Assembly: GCA_040385525.1 (NCBI GenBank)
Contig: JAZKHE010000002.1
Coordinates: 969,786-1,033,785, forward strand
Reading direction: 5' to 3'
Source of the DNA: Bacteroidota bacterium
GTDB taxonomy: Bacteria; Bacteroidota; Bacteroidia; UBA4408
DNA length: 64,000 bases
This document shows, one piece after another, positions 38,007-48,155 of the stretch (position 1 is the first letter of the stretch; every line of letters starts with the position of its first letter). The notes beneath the pieces are model-generated. The model did no database searches, was not told the origin of the DNA, and saw only the letters and a list, made by a program, of their open reading frames with translations. Position numbers and translations under genes: made by a program.

Positions 38007-39449
38007 CTATTCTCCAAATTTTATTATATTATATATTGATTTAATGCTAACTAACTGAATGGTAAAAGCCCACAATACAGATGCGCCCGAAAAAATTAAG
38101 ATTTGAATAATCCAGCTAGCGTTTAGCAAAGTGCATAAATAACCTGTAAAAGCAACACCTGTTACAAACGCTGTGAGCGTAAAAATTAGTTTATAATTGG
38201 TTTTAAATTTAAACACTCTTTTTGCAATTACAACTTGTATGGCTGCTGTTATAAACTGCGTAATCATACTTGCAAAAGCAGAACCAGCGGCTTTGTATTT
38301 AGGTATTAAAATTAAGTTTAATACAATATTTAAAATCATTCCTGATGCTGCCATAATGTTTAGCTCTTTCATATTTCCGTTAGCAGTTAATAAAGTTCCG
38401 AAAATGTAAGTTGTAGATACAGCTAAAAAACAAGTCATTAAAAAACTAAATACAATAGCAGATTCCTCAATATGAAAATGATACATGGCATTCATTATTT
38501 CGGTTGAAAAAAACCAACCACAACCCACAACAATAACGGCCGGAAGTATTAAAATGGAATAAGAGAGTTTAACTAATTCGTCAATTCGTTGTTTGTGTTT
38601 TATCATTTTTGCGAACATAGGTAAAAGCAAACCGGCAAAAAGATAAGCTATCATATTTGATGCATCTAATAATCTAAAAGCTTTTGCGTAAATCCCTGCT
38701 TGCTCTGCGCCATCATCAAGCATTCTTTCAAGCATTACCGCATCAATTCTATTATAAAATGTCATTAACAAAACCAATATAGCGTATGGAATACTTTTCT
38801 TTAAAATCATTAAAGTAAAAACTTTATTAAACTTAAATTTTAAAGTTTTAGCATGACCAATTACTATAAAAAACGTAATTAATGCAGTTAAAAAATAAGC
38901 TGCTGTCTGTGTGTAAACAAACCACATCACATCCATTTTTTCGTTTATAAATCGACCATAAACTAAAAAAATGCAAATAATTATCATTATTAAGCGATCT
39001 AAAATAGAAACAAAACTATCTGTTACAAACAGGTGTAGCCCAGCTATATTAGAACGTAAATACAAAATCATTGAAATTAAAAACTGGTTGAAGCCTAATA
39101 TTAACAAGAGTTTCATTAAGCGGTAATCGTAATCAACAAAAAAGCCAAAAATGGCAGTAGCTAAAATATACAAAACAGCCAACAACAATTTAAGCACAAA
39201 TAAACTCGAAAAGTGTTTTGTAAGAAGGTGATTGTTTTGAGCAATATTTTTGTTGTTAAAATTGGTAATTCCAAAATCTAACACAATGTTTAATAAAAAA
39301 GAAAAGTTGTATAAAGCAAAATACAAACCATAATCTTGGTTACCAACTTTTTCTTGAATAACAGGTTCAATACCTAAAATCCAAAAGGGTTTAATAAGCA
39401 AGTTTAAAAATAGCAATAATGCTAAGTTGATGATGAATTTTTTCTGCAT
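38007..39449 (-). CDS. wzx: Oligosaccharide flippase
   Basis: About 12-14 TM; YGLYFALY, LDFGI, RIDAVML; preferred start MQKKF at 39449 with TATTTTTG at 39472-39465. Confidence 0.88.
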   Translation of the reverse strand: MQKKFIINLALLLFLNLLIKPFWILGIEPVIQEKVGNQDYGLYFALYNFSFLLNIVLDFGITNFNNKNIAQNNHLLTKHFSSLFVLKLLLAVLYILATAIFGFFVDYDYRLMKLLLILGFNQFLISMILYLRSNIAGLHLFVTDSFVSILDRLIMIIICIFLVYGRFINEKMDVMWFVYTQTAAYFLTALITFFIVIGHAKTLKFKFNKVFTLMILKKSIPYAILVLLMTFYNRIDAVMLERMLDDGAEQAGIYAKAFRLLDASNMIAYLFAGLLLPMFAKMIKHKQRIDELVKLSYSILILPAVIVVGCGWFFSTEIMNAMYHFHIEESAIVFSFLMTCFLAVSTTYIFGTLLTANGNMKELNIMAASGMILNIVLNLILIPKYKAAGSAFASMITQFITAAIQVVIAKRVFKFKTNYKLIFTLTAFVTGVAFTGYLCTLLNASWIIQILIFSGASVLWAFTIQLVSIKSIYNIIKFGE

Positions 39450-39500
39450 AACTAAATCAGGCTGCAAAAATAACCAAATATGTTAATTTTATTGCATTTA

Positions 39501-40241
39501 CTATGCTTTAGAATGCGGTAAAAATAAAAAATTCTGACTTTTACCCGTAATTGGCTTGTCTAAATTAAATTTTTGCCAGGAATTAGTATTGAAATAATGA
39601 GCGGTGTAGCCTAAATTAGTTAAAAAATCAATGCTGTTTTTACGATTTTCATTATCCCATAATTCAACATACAAAATAGGTTTATTGCGCTCTATGGTTA
39701 GCTTTGCGCCCAATAATACTTCGTATTCAAAATTTTCAACATCAATTTTAATGGCTGTAATTAGCTGATTTTTATAGCTTTCAACATCATCAAGCTTTTT
39801 AACATCGATTGTGTAGCTTATTGCATTTTTGGTGTCTGTTTCCTTAATATTGGCGAGTCCTTGCATGGTTACATTATTTTGTACAGGCACATAAATAGTT
39901 GTTTTTTCGTTTGAATTGCCCAATGCAAATTTTTCGAGCACAACGTTGTTCAATTTAAAGTATTTACAAACCTTTTCAAAAGCAGTTTGATTAAATGGAA
40001 CAGGTTCGAAACCAATAATTTTAGAATCTGGAAATTGTTTAGCAAAATGAACACTTATAATGCCAATATTAGCCCCAACATCAAGAATTAATCCTTTTTT
40101 GGTAATTTTTCCGAAAATAGAAAATAGTGGCTTTTCGTAGGCATCCCATTTTAAAAATTTAATTTTAAGTACCGAAAACCAAAACAAATAGTTTTGGAAA
40201 CCTAGGGTGCGTTGCAGTATTAATTTTAAAAAGCTTTTCAT
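39501..40241 (-). CDS. FkbM-family methyltransferase
   Basis: LDVGANIG, FEP, KIDVENFE; preferred start MKSFLK at 40241 with TACTTTTG at 40260-40253. Confidence 0.9.
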   Translation of the reverse strand: MKSFLKLILQRTLGFQNYLFWFSVLKIKFLKWDAYEKPLFSIFGKITKKGLILDVGANIGIISVHFAKQFPDSKIIGFEPVPFNQTAFEKVCKYFKLNNVVLEKFALGNSNEKTTIYVPVQNNVTMQGLANIKETDTKNAISYTIDVKKLDDVESYKNQLITAIKIDVENFEYEVLLGAKLTIERNKPILYVELWDNENRKNSIDFLTNLGYTAHYFNTNSWQKFNLDKPITGKSQNFLFLPHSKA

Positions 40242-40300
40242 TTTATAAAGGGCAAAAGTAATAGTTTTTAGTAATTTAGATTTTTTAAAACTCAAATTAC

Positions 40301-41434
40301 TTGAAAATTGCTGTAAATACCCGCTTATTGTTACCAAACCGAATTGATGGTATTGCGCGATTTACCTTTGAAACGCTCAAGTTAATTACTCAAAAGTATC
40401 CTGAGCACCAGTTTTATTTCTTTTTTGACCGACCATTTAGCGATGAATTTATTTTTTCAGAAAACATAATTCCAATTGTAATTGGACCTCAAGCCCGACA
40501 TCCATTTTTATTTTATTGGTGGTTTGAGTTTTCGATTTCAAAGCAGTTAAAAAAAATTAAACCCGATTTATTTTTGTCGCCAGATGGTTTTTTGAGTTTG
40601 AACACAAACGTTAAATCGTTGCCAGTAATTCACGATATTAATTTTGTTCACTATAAAAAAAATATACCTTGGTTGGTAAGCAAATATTATAATTATTTCT
40701 TCCCTAAATTTGCAAAAAAAGCAAGTAGAATTGTTACTGTGTCGAATTTTTCTGCTAAAGATATTTCAATGAATTTTGGAATTGATAGCAATAAAATTGA
40801 TGTTGTTTTTAATGGTGTGAGCGATATTTTTAAACCGATTAACGACGAATTAATTAAACAAAATACAAGACAAAAATACAGCGAATCAAAACAGTTTTTT
40901 ATTGCTGTAAGTTCAATTCATCCGCGAAAAAATATTGCAGGTTTACTAAAAGCGTTTAATCAATTTAAAACTGAAAGTAATAACGAACATAAATTAATTT
41001 TAGTAGGAGATAGTTATTTTTGGGATAAGGAAATGACAGAGCAATTAAAGCAAATGGACTTTAAAAAAGATGTTGTTTTTACAGGAAAAATAAATGACGA
41101 AGAATTGGCAAAACTAATGGCATCAGCAAGTGCAATGCTATACGTTCCTTTTTTTGAAGGTTTTGGAATTCCTATTTTAGAAGCTTTTAAAAGTGAAATC
41201 CCAGTAATATCTTCTAACACAAGCTCATTGCCCGAAGTGTATGGCGATGCTGCTTTGGCAGTAAATCCTTCGTCTACAAACGAAATTGCAGAAGCAATGC
41301 AAAACATTGTAAACAACAACGAATTAAGAAATAATTTAGTAGAAAAAGGAAAAATACAACTTCAAAAATACTCCTGGCAAAAAACAGCCGATTTACTTTG
41401 GCAATCTATGCTTAAAACAATAAATAATGCTTAA
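40301..41434 (+). CDS. Glycosyltransferase family 4
   Basis: VIHD, HPRKN, EGFGIPILEA, SSLPEV; TTG start. Confidence 0.93.
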   Translation: MKIAVNTRLLLPNRIDGIARFTFETLKLITQKYPEHQFYFFFDRPFSDEFIFSENIIPIVIGPQARHPFLFYWWFEFSISKQLKKIKPDLFLSPDGFLSLNTNVKSLPVIHDINFVHYKKNIPWLVSKYYNYFFPKFAKKASRIVTVSNFSAKDISMNFGIDSNKIDVVFNGVSDIFKPINDELIKQNTRQKYSESKQFFIAVSSIHPRKNIAGLLKAFNQFKTESNNEHKLILVGDSYFWDKEMTEQLKQMDFKKDVVFTGKINDEELAKLMASASAMLYVPFFEGFGIPILEAFKSEIPVISSNTSSLPEVYGDAALAVNPSSTNEIAEAMQNIVNNNELRNNLVEKGKIQLQKYSWQKTADLLWQSMLKTINNA

Positions 41435-42026
41435 AAGTTATTTTGATAAAAGTAAAATAGAAGCTGGTTGCGACGAAGCTGGTAGAGGCTGTTTAGCTGG
41501 GCCGGTTGTTGCTGCTGCAGTTATATTACCTAAAAAATACAAGCATAAATTATTAAACGATTCAAAACAGTTAACCGAAAAAAACAGAGATATTCTTCGT
41601 TTAGAAATAGAAAAGGAAGCTTTGTGTTTTGCTGTAGGCATAGTTGATAATTTAGAAATTGATAAAATCAATATTTTAAATGCTTCGTTTAAAGCCATGC
41701 ATTTAGCGGTTGATAAACTTACAATAACACCCAATTTATTGTTGATAGATGGCAATCGTTTTAAAGCCTATAAAGATATTTCGCACGAATGTATAATTAA
41801 AGGCGATGGTAAATTTTTATCGATAGCAGCAGCTTCGGTTTTAGCAAAAACCTATAGAGACGAAATTATGTACGAATTAGATGCTAAATACCCACAATAC
41901 AATTGGAAAAAAAACAAAGCTTACCCAACAGCCGACCATAGAAATGCAATTAGAGAATACGGCACAACTCCATACCACCGCATGAGTTACCGCCTTTTAC
42001 CAGAACAATTTAAACTTGATTTATAA
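41427..42026 (+). CDS. rnhB: Ribonuclease HII
   Basis: GCDEAGRGCLAGPV, DSK, IDGN, SIAAASVLAK. Confidence 0.97.
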   Translation: MLKSYFDKSKIEAGCDEAGRGCLAGPVVAAAVILPKKYKHKLLNDSKQLTEKNRDILRLEIEKEALCFAVGIVDNLEIDKINILNASFKAMHLAVDKLTITPNLLLIDGNRFKAYKDISHECIIKGDGKFLSIAAASVLAKTYRDEIMYELDAKYPQYNWKKNKAYPTADHRNAIREYGTTPYHRMSYRLLPEQFKLDL

Positions 42027-42076
42027 TTCTTGACTTATTCTTTAATTAAGACTACTTTTGCACAAAATATATCAAC

Positions 42077-43714
42077 ATGAAATTTAAAATTTTTAACACA
42101 AAATCATTGTTAACTACATTGATTGCTTCGTTTTTGTTTGTTACAGCATGCACCGAAGGCTATTTCGATTTTGATAAAGTAGGAAAAGGAAGTAATTGGA
42201 ACCCTAATTTTGCAATTCCATTAGCAAAAGCAACTTTAACAGTTAAGGATATTTTATTTAACGCTGATAAAGATGGTAACATTTTAACCGATGGAAATGG
42301 TTTTTTAACTTTAGTTTATAAAAGCAATTTATTTTCTAAATCTGCCGAAGAAGTTATAAATATTCCGAACCAAAATTTAACGCAATTTAATTTTTCGATG
42401 AATGCAACAGATGTTGCAGCATTTAATTTAATACCTACTGGTAGTCAATTTACAGTTCCATTAACGCAAGATGTTCCAGTAGTAATTACTTCTGGCAGTT
42501 CTTCTAAAATAGATTCAATACTATTTAAAAATTTGGAGTGGATAATAAATATGAGAAACAATTTCCCACACAATTGTTCTGTAAAATTAACTTTACCCAA
42601 TGCTAAAAAAAATGGAGTAGCTTACCAAAGAACTTTTGCAGTACCTGCAAATGGAGTGTATAATAGTAATCCTTTTGAAGATTTAGCAGGTTACTCATTT
42701 AATATGACTTATAATGGTGGGCAAAATACCTACCAAATGCAATTAGAATTTACGTTTACTAAAAGTGCTTCTGCTGCTACAACAAGCGATTTATTTATAA
42801 TGGATCAAAGTTTAGCAAATACAAAATTTGCTAAATTTTTTGGATACATTGATGAAAAATTGTTAACGCCAACTCCAGATACTACAGCAATTAGTTTCTT
42901 TAATAATGCGGCTGGTACACCAGAATTTTTATTAGTAGATCCTAAAATAAAATTGAGTTTTGCAAATTCTTTTGGTGTTGCCTTGCAATCGAAATTTGTT
43001 CAGTTTGATGGCGTAAATACTTATCAAGGTGTTACACAAACTACTAATTTAGGTTTAACCAATACCATTAATATTGCTGCTCCAACTTTTTCGCAATTAG
43101 GCTCAGTAATTATGTCGAGTTTTTTGGTTGATAAAACCAATAGTAGTATTGTTGATTTTATTAATCGTCAGCCTAAACAAATTATTTTACAATTTGAAAC
43201 AAATACAGTTCCTAACGGAAATACAAATTTTGTTTTAGATACTAGTCGTTTAAAAGTTGATGTTGAAGTTGAATTGCCATTTCACGGTATTGCAAAAAAT
43301 ATTGTTTTTATTGATACAGTAGAAATTGAAAATTTTGAAAACATTGAAGAAAGTGTAGAAAGCGCAACTATACGTTTGTATACATCAAACGGATTTCCTG
43401 TTGAGTTGTTTTTAGAGTTAGCGTATGCTGATGAATATGGGAATAAATTAGGTTATTTTATTCCTGCATCTAACTCGCATATAATTCAATCGGGCGCAAT
43501 TGATAGCGACGGAAGAGTTGTAAGTAAAACAGAAAAATTAACCGATATTATTATTACAAAAAACGAATTAACAAAAGCAAAATTTGCTAAAAAATTAATT
43601 GTTTTTGCAAAAGCATCGAGCACAGATAATGGAGATAAATACGTTAAGTTTTATTCTGATTACACCTTAGATGTTCGTTTGGGTGTGCAAACAAAAATTA
43701 ATGTTAAATTTTAA
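42077..43714 (+). CDS. Large beta-rich lipoprotein of unknown function
   Basis: Lipobox VTAC; WNPNFAIPL; TACTTTTG promoter at 42053-42060; 18 nt from the next gene. Confidence 0.78.
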   Translation: MKFKIFNTKSLLTTLIASFLFVTACTEGYFDFDKVGKGSNWNPNFAIPLAKATLTVKDILFNADKDGNILTDGNGFLTLVYKSNLFSKSAEEVINIPNQNLTQFNFSMNATDVAAFNLIPTGSQFTVPLTQDVPVVITSGSSSKIDSILFKNLEWIINMRNNFPHNCSVKLTLPNAKKNGVAYQRTFAVPANGVYNSNPFEDLAGYSFNMTYNGGQNTYQMQLEFTFTKSASAATTSDLFIMDQSLANTKFAKFFGYIDEKLLTPTPDTTAISFFNNAAGTPEFLLVDPKIKLSFANSFGVALQSKFVQFDGVNTYQGVTQTTNLGLTNTINIAAPTFSQLGSVIMSSFLVDKTNSSIVDFINRQPKQIILQFETNTVPNGNTNFVLDTSRLKVDVEVELPFHGIAKNIVFIDTVEIENFENIEESVESATIRLYTSNGFPVELFLELAYADEYGNKLGYFIPASNSHIIQSGAIDSDGRVVSKTEKLTDIIITKNELTKAKFAKKLIVFAKASSTDNGDKYVKFYSDYTLDVRLGVQTKINVKF

Positions 43715-43732
43715 TTGAGGAGCTAAGTACTT

Positions 43733-46198
43733 ATGAAAAAATATATACATACAATCATTTTATTTTTTGTTACTACATTTTCTGCTTTTGCACAAGAAAG
43801 TATGACTTTGTATAACATGCAATCAATTCCGCAATCAAATTATTTAAACCCAGCTAACATGCCTTTAAGTAAGGTAAATATTGGCTTGCCAGGAATATCA
43901 TCTAATTATTTTAGTGTAAATAATAACGGATTTAGATATAGTGATATGGTGAAAAAACGCGACGATGATTCATTATATTTTGATGTAGAAGATTGGTTAA
44001 GCAAATTAAAAAAGAACAACGATTTAAATGTTAATTCGCAAATTGATTTATTCTCTTTAGGTATAAAAGTAAAAAAACATTACTTCTCTCTTAACCTTAC
44101 AGAGAAACTTAATTTTAGATTTCGCTACCCAAAAGATTTTTTCAATTTTGTGGTTTTAGGAAATGGTGCATTTTTAGACCAAACACTTAATTTTAATTTT
44201 GGTGTAGAAGCAATGCACTACCGCGAGTTAGGATTAAATTATTCGCAACAAGTAAACGATAAATTATCTGTTGGTGGTAGATTAAAAGTGCTATATGGTT
44301 ACGAAAATGTTCACACCAAACAATCAGACATAACACTTTATACCGACCCAAGTTATTTTGATATCACGGCATCATCAAACATAAACATACAAACTTCTGG
44401 AATTGATACTTCATCTTTTTCTGATTTAGAAGTGAAAAATTATTTACAGAAAAAGAAAAATAGAGGAGCTGCTATCGATTTAGGCGCTAATTATAAATTA
44501 AACGATAAACTATCATTTTCGGCTAGTTTGTTAGACGTTGGCGCTATAAATTGGAAAACCGACAACGTAAATTATGTTAACAAAAATGCAAACGCATCTT
44601 TTACTTTTACGGGTGTTGATTTTAATACATTTATAAACGATACTATTAATTGGGAAACTGCTGGCGAAAAGTTAACCGATTCTATTGTAGGTACTTTTCA
44701 AATTGAAAGTAAAAGAGGCGTAGCATACAAAACTTGGTTGCCAATGCAAATGTATTTAAATGCGAATTACCATTTAAATGTAAAAAATAAAGTTAGCGCA
44801 ACATTGTATAATCAATTTTACGATAAAGCTCCGCACCCCGCTGCATCTATTGCTTTTACAACAAGAGCTGGTCGTTGGGCAAGTGCATCAGTAAGTTATA
44901 CAGCAGCACACCGTAGCTTTAATAATATAGGTTTTGGTTTCTCATTAAACTTGGGTCCAGTTCAATTATATACAGTTGCCGATAATGTGTTTGCATTAAT
45001 TAAACCACAACACACAAAAAACTTTAATGTTAGAATGGCGCTTAATTTAACTTTTGGCAGAGATCATATTGATAGAGATAGAGATGGTGTGCCAGATAAA
45101 AAAGACGATTGTCCAGATGTTAAAGGTTTGGTTCAGTTTAATGGTTGCCCAGATGGAGATGGCGATGGTGTTATCGATTTAAAAGATAACTGTCCAGACA
45201 TTGCTGGTTTAGCAGAATTTAGTGGTTGCCCAGATAGAGATGGCGATAAAGTTATCGATAGTCAAGATGTGTGTCCTGATGTAGCTGGCGATAAAGATTT
45301 AAACGGTTGCCCAGATAAAGATGGAGATAAAATTATTGATGAAAAAGATAAATGTCCTGATGTTGCAGGTATAAAAGAATTTGAGGGTTGCCCAGATAAA
45401 GATGGTGATAAGATTATCGACAGCGATGATGAGTGTCCGGAACTTGCTGGTATTGCTCAGTTTAAAGGTTGTCCTGATACTGATGGAGACGGAATAAAAG
45501 ATTCTGAAGATATTTGTCCAGATAGACCTGGAACGTTAGAAAAACGTGGTTGCCCAATTGATAGATTATTAATTTTGGATGAAACAGGAAAAGTAATTGC
45601 AATAGCAGTTAAAAACGAAGAAGGATTTTTTGTATTTGAAAAACTTCCAGACGTAGCGAGTTTTATTTACAAATTAGAAGGTACTGATACCGACTTCAAC
45701 AACATGAAAATTAAGTTTACAGAAGGTGGCGAAGCTAAGTTGGAAAAAAATGCAAACGGAACATTTAGTTTCAAAAAACTTTCGCAAGATTATAATACAC
45801 TTACTCAGTTACCTGAAGAAGATGCAACAGTTTTATTGAAAAAAGAAGAAGAAGAAATTATTAAAAAAGCATTTGATAATTTAGAGTTCAACACGGGTAA
45901 AGCTATTATCAATCCAAACTCATTGCCGTCGTTAACCGACTTAGCAGGCTTGTTAAAATCTAAACCAGATTGGAGAATTCGTATCTCAGGCCATACCGAT
46001 AATGTAGGTAATGCAAAAGCAAACTTAACTTTATCTAAAGGAAGAGCCGAAGCCGTTAAAAAATATTTGGTAAGCAAAGGTGTAAATGTTAATGCAGTTT
46101 TAGTAAACTACTATGGCGGAACAGAGCCAATAGCTGATAATGCAACCGAAGAAGGTCGTCAGAAAAACCGACGTGTAGAAATGAAGATTATTGATTAA
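43733..46198 (+). CDS. OM barrel (DUF5723-like) + thrombospondin type 3 repeats + OmpA-like domain
   Basis: Signal peptide, YLNPA, YRELGL, IDLGANY; DxDxDG...CP repeats; GHTDNVG, NLTLSKGRA, NRRVE. Confidence 0.88.
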   Translation: MKKYIHTIILFFVTTFSAFAQESMTLYNMQSIPQSNYLNPANMPLSKVNIGLPGISSNYFSVNNNGFRYSDMVKKRDDDSLYFDVEDWLSKLKKNNDLNVNSQIDLFSLGIKVKKHYFSLNLTEKLNFRFRYPKDFFNFVVLGNGAFLDQTLNFNFGVEAMHYRELGLNYSQQVNDKLSVGGRLKVLYGYENVHTKQSDITLYTDPSYFDITASSNINIQTSGIDTSSFSDLEVKNYLQKKKNRGAAIDLGANYKLNDKLSFSASLLDVGAINWKTDNVNYVNKNANASFTFTGVDFNTFINDTINWETAGEKLTDSIVGTFQIESKRGVAYKTWLPMQMYLNANYHLNVKNKVSATLYNQFYDKAPHPAASIAFTTRAGRWASASVSYTAAHRSFNNIGFGFSLNLGPVQLYTVADNVFALIKPQHTKNFNVRMALNLTFGRDHIDRDRDGVPDKKDDCPDVKGLVQFNGCPDGDGDGVIDLKDNCPDIAGLAEFSGCPDRDGDKVIDSQDVCPDVAGDKDLNGCPDKDGDKIIDEKDKCPDVAGIKEFEGCPDKDGDKIIDSDDECPELAGIAQFKGCPDTDGDGIKDSEDICPDRPGTLEKRGCPIDRLLILDETGKVIAIAVKNEEGFFVFEKLPDVASFIYKLEGTDTDFNNMKIKFTEGGEAKLEKNANGTFSFKKLSQDYNTLTQLPEEDATVLLKKEEEEIIKKAFDNLEFNTGKAIINPNSLPSLTDLAGLLKSKPDWRIRISGHTDNVGNAKANLTLSKGRAEAVKKYLVSKGVNVNAVLVNYYGGTEPIADNATEEGRQKNRRVEMKIID
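45071..45556 (+). repeat. Six 81-bp (27-aa) TSP3 Ca-binding coding repeats
   Basis: Six units of the form DxDxDxxxDxxDxCPxxxGxxxxxGCP. Confidence 0.92.
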
Positions 46199-46259
46199 TA
46201 ATTCAATTAATGAATGTTCGCACTTTTGTAACAAAACTCTATGAACTAAGGATAGACTT

Positions 46260-46385
46260 AAGTTCAAGAGACGAGCGTGAGCCTGACAAAACGCGAAGGC
46301 GAGTGGCTTTGCGCAAAGCATTCGTTTTGTCTTGACTTTTTTTGGTTCGTTTTTTGTGTCAAGACAAAAAATGAACGTAAAGAGC
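46260..46385. other. Structured intergenic element (candidate ncRNA or dispersed repeat)
   Basis: Inverted repeats 46285-46293/46323-46331, 46325-46336/46358-46369, 46345-46357/46364-46376 and palindrome 46306-46319. Confidence 0.6.
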
Positions 46386-46474
46386 CAATGCACCTTTTTA
46401 CTTTGAGTTGTTGTTTAGTTAAGTGAAAGAAAATAGAGGTGTGTTTGTGGATATTCAATTCTAATTAATTATTT

Positions 46475-46501
46475 AGGCGACTCAACGAGTCGCCTTTTTT
46501 T
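46475..46501 (+). terminator. Intrinsic terminator
   Basis: AGGCGACTC-AAC-GAGTCGCCT followed by a T run. Confidence 0.8.
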
Positions 46502-46568
46502 ATGATATATCTCATTGTTTGTAAACTATTGTTTCAACAATTTTGTACTGTTTTAAAAAGAGCAGACA

Positions 46569-47930
46569 ATGAGTTTACAATTACTTCAAAAATATAATGT
46601 AGCAGGTCCGCGCTACACTAGTTACCCAACAGTTCCGTATTGGGATACAGAGGCGCCAAATCAAACACAATGGGCAAACCATGTAAAACAGCAATTTGTA
46701 GCCAGTAATAAAAAAGAAGGTATTAGCCTTTACATACATTTACCTTTTTGCGAAAGTTTATGCACGTATTGTGGTTGTAATACCAGAATCACAGTTAATC
46801 ACGCTGTTGAAAAACCTTATATAGATGCACTTTTAAAAGAATGGAAAATGTATTTTTCGTTGTTTAACGAAAAACCAAACATTGCAGAAATACATTTGGG
46901 TGGCGGAACTCCAACATTTTTTCAACCAGAAAATCTGCAACTATTATTATCGCAAATAATAAATGATTGCACCATTTTACCAACTGCAGAATTAAGTTTC
47001 GAAGGTCACCCCAACAACACAACTGCCGAGCATTTACAAGTGTTGTACAATTTAGGTTTTAGAAGAGTTAGTTTTGGAATACAAGATTTTGACGATAAAG
47101 TACAGCAGATTATTAATCGTGTTCAGCCTTATAAAAATGTTAAACACGTTGTAGAAAAAGCAAGAGAAATTGGCTACACATCAATTAATTTTGATTTAGT
47201 TTATGGTTTGCCATTGCAAACTCAACAAAGTATACAACAAACCGTTGAAATGGTTTGCGAATTGAACCCAGATAGAATTGCTTTTTATAGTTATGCGCAT
47301 GTGCCATGGATAAAACCAGGACAAAGAAAATATACCGAAAAAGATTTGCCTGTTGGTGAAGAAAAAAGAAAATTGTATGAGTTGGGTTTAAGCCTTTTCG
47401 AAAAAAATAATTTTGTTGAAGTAGGTATGGATCACTTTGCTAAAACAGATGATGCTTTATATGTTGCTATGCAAAACAAAAAATTGCATCGTAATTTTAT
47501 GGGCTACACCACAGCAACTTCTAAATTAATGATAGGCTTGGGAGTTTCATCTATTAGCGATTCGTGGACAGCCTTTGCGCAAAATACAAAAGTGGTAGAA
47601 GAGTATTATAAAATGGTAGATGAAGGAAATTTCCCTTTAATAAAAAATCATTTTTTAACTAAAGAAGATGAGGTAATACGCAAGCATATTTTAAAAATAA
47701 TGTGTAATTATTCTACATCATGGAATTGTTTGTGTGAGCAAACACCAGCTTTGTTTGATGCATTGCCTAGATTAAACGAAATGGAAAATGATGGTTTAAT
47801 TACCATTAGCAACAATACACTAAACGTTACAGAAGCAGGTAAACCATTTATACGCAATGTGTGTATGGCTTTTGATGCAAGATTATGGCGAAATGTACCC
47901 AAAACACAATTGTTTAGTTCAGTGGTGTAA
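46569..47930 (+). CDS. hemN: Oxygen-independent coproporphyrinogen III oxidase
   Basis: GPRYTSYP, YIHLPFCESLCTYCGC, GGGTP, LHRNFMGY. Confidence 0.97.
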   Translation: MSLQLLQKYNVAGPRYTSYPTVPYWDTEAPNQTQWANHVKQQFVASNKKEGISLYIHLPFCESLCTYCGCNTRITVNHAVEKPYIDALLKEWKMYFSLFNEKPNIAEIHLGGGTPTFFQPENLQLLLSQIINDCTILPTAELSFEGHPNNTTAEHLQVLYNLGFRRVSFGIQDFDDKVQQIINRVQPYKNVKHVVEKAREIGYTSINFDLVYGLPLQTQQSIQQTVEMVCELNPDRIAFYSYAHVPWIKPGQRKYTEKDLPVGEEKRKLYELGLSLFEKNNFVEVGMDHFAKTDDALYVAMQNKKLHRNFMGYTTATSKLMIGLGVSSISDSWTAFAQNTKVVEEYYKMVDEGNFPLIKNHFLTKEDEVIRKHILKIMCNYSTSWNCLCEQTPALFDALPRLNEMENDGLITISNNTLNVTEAGKPFIRNVCMAFDARLWRNVPKTQLFSSVV

Positions 47931-48021
47931 ATTTCGCATTTGCGAAACCGTGTTTTAAAACAGTATGTGGTTTGCTTTTTGCAAACACATAGGCAACAAA
48001 AGGAGCTAGGACTAAATAATT

Positions 48022-48155
48022 TTATAACGGTTTCGGGCTAAGCGCTGAGCGGGTTTGCGGAGTGCCAAACTTTCAACCTACTACAAACTTACAAAAGAAA
48101 AATGAACTACAAAATTTGAATTGAACACCCGCTTTGCGCTTAGCCCGTGTTAAGC
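48022..48155 (-). mobile_element. attC-like recombination site
   Basis: Minus strand runs GCTTAAC (RYYYAAC) ... GTTATAA; 12-bp perfect arm 48034-48045/48136-48147 and 7-bp arm 48048-48054/48127-48133; 134 bp; overlaps the ORF stop. Confidence 0.75.

Noticed and set aside
45071-45556. 81-bp periodic repeats as a CRISPR array
   Set aside because: In-frame, degenerate TSP3 protein repeats with no repeat-spacer structure or cas genes.
46100-46458. ORFs 46100-46393 and 46264-46458
   Set aside because: Likely by-products of the GC-richer structured element; one overlaps the OmpA gene antisense.
47932-47990. Two small hairpins after the hemN stop as part of the cassette
   Set aside because: They lie outside the GTT boundary at 48028 and lack core sites; probably hemN 3'-end structures.
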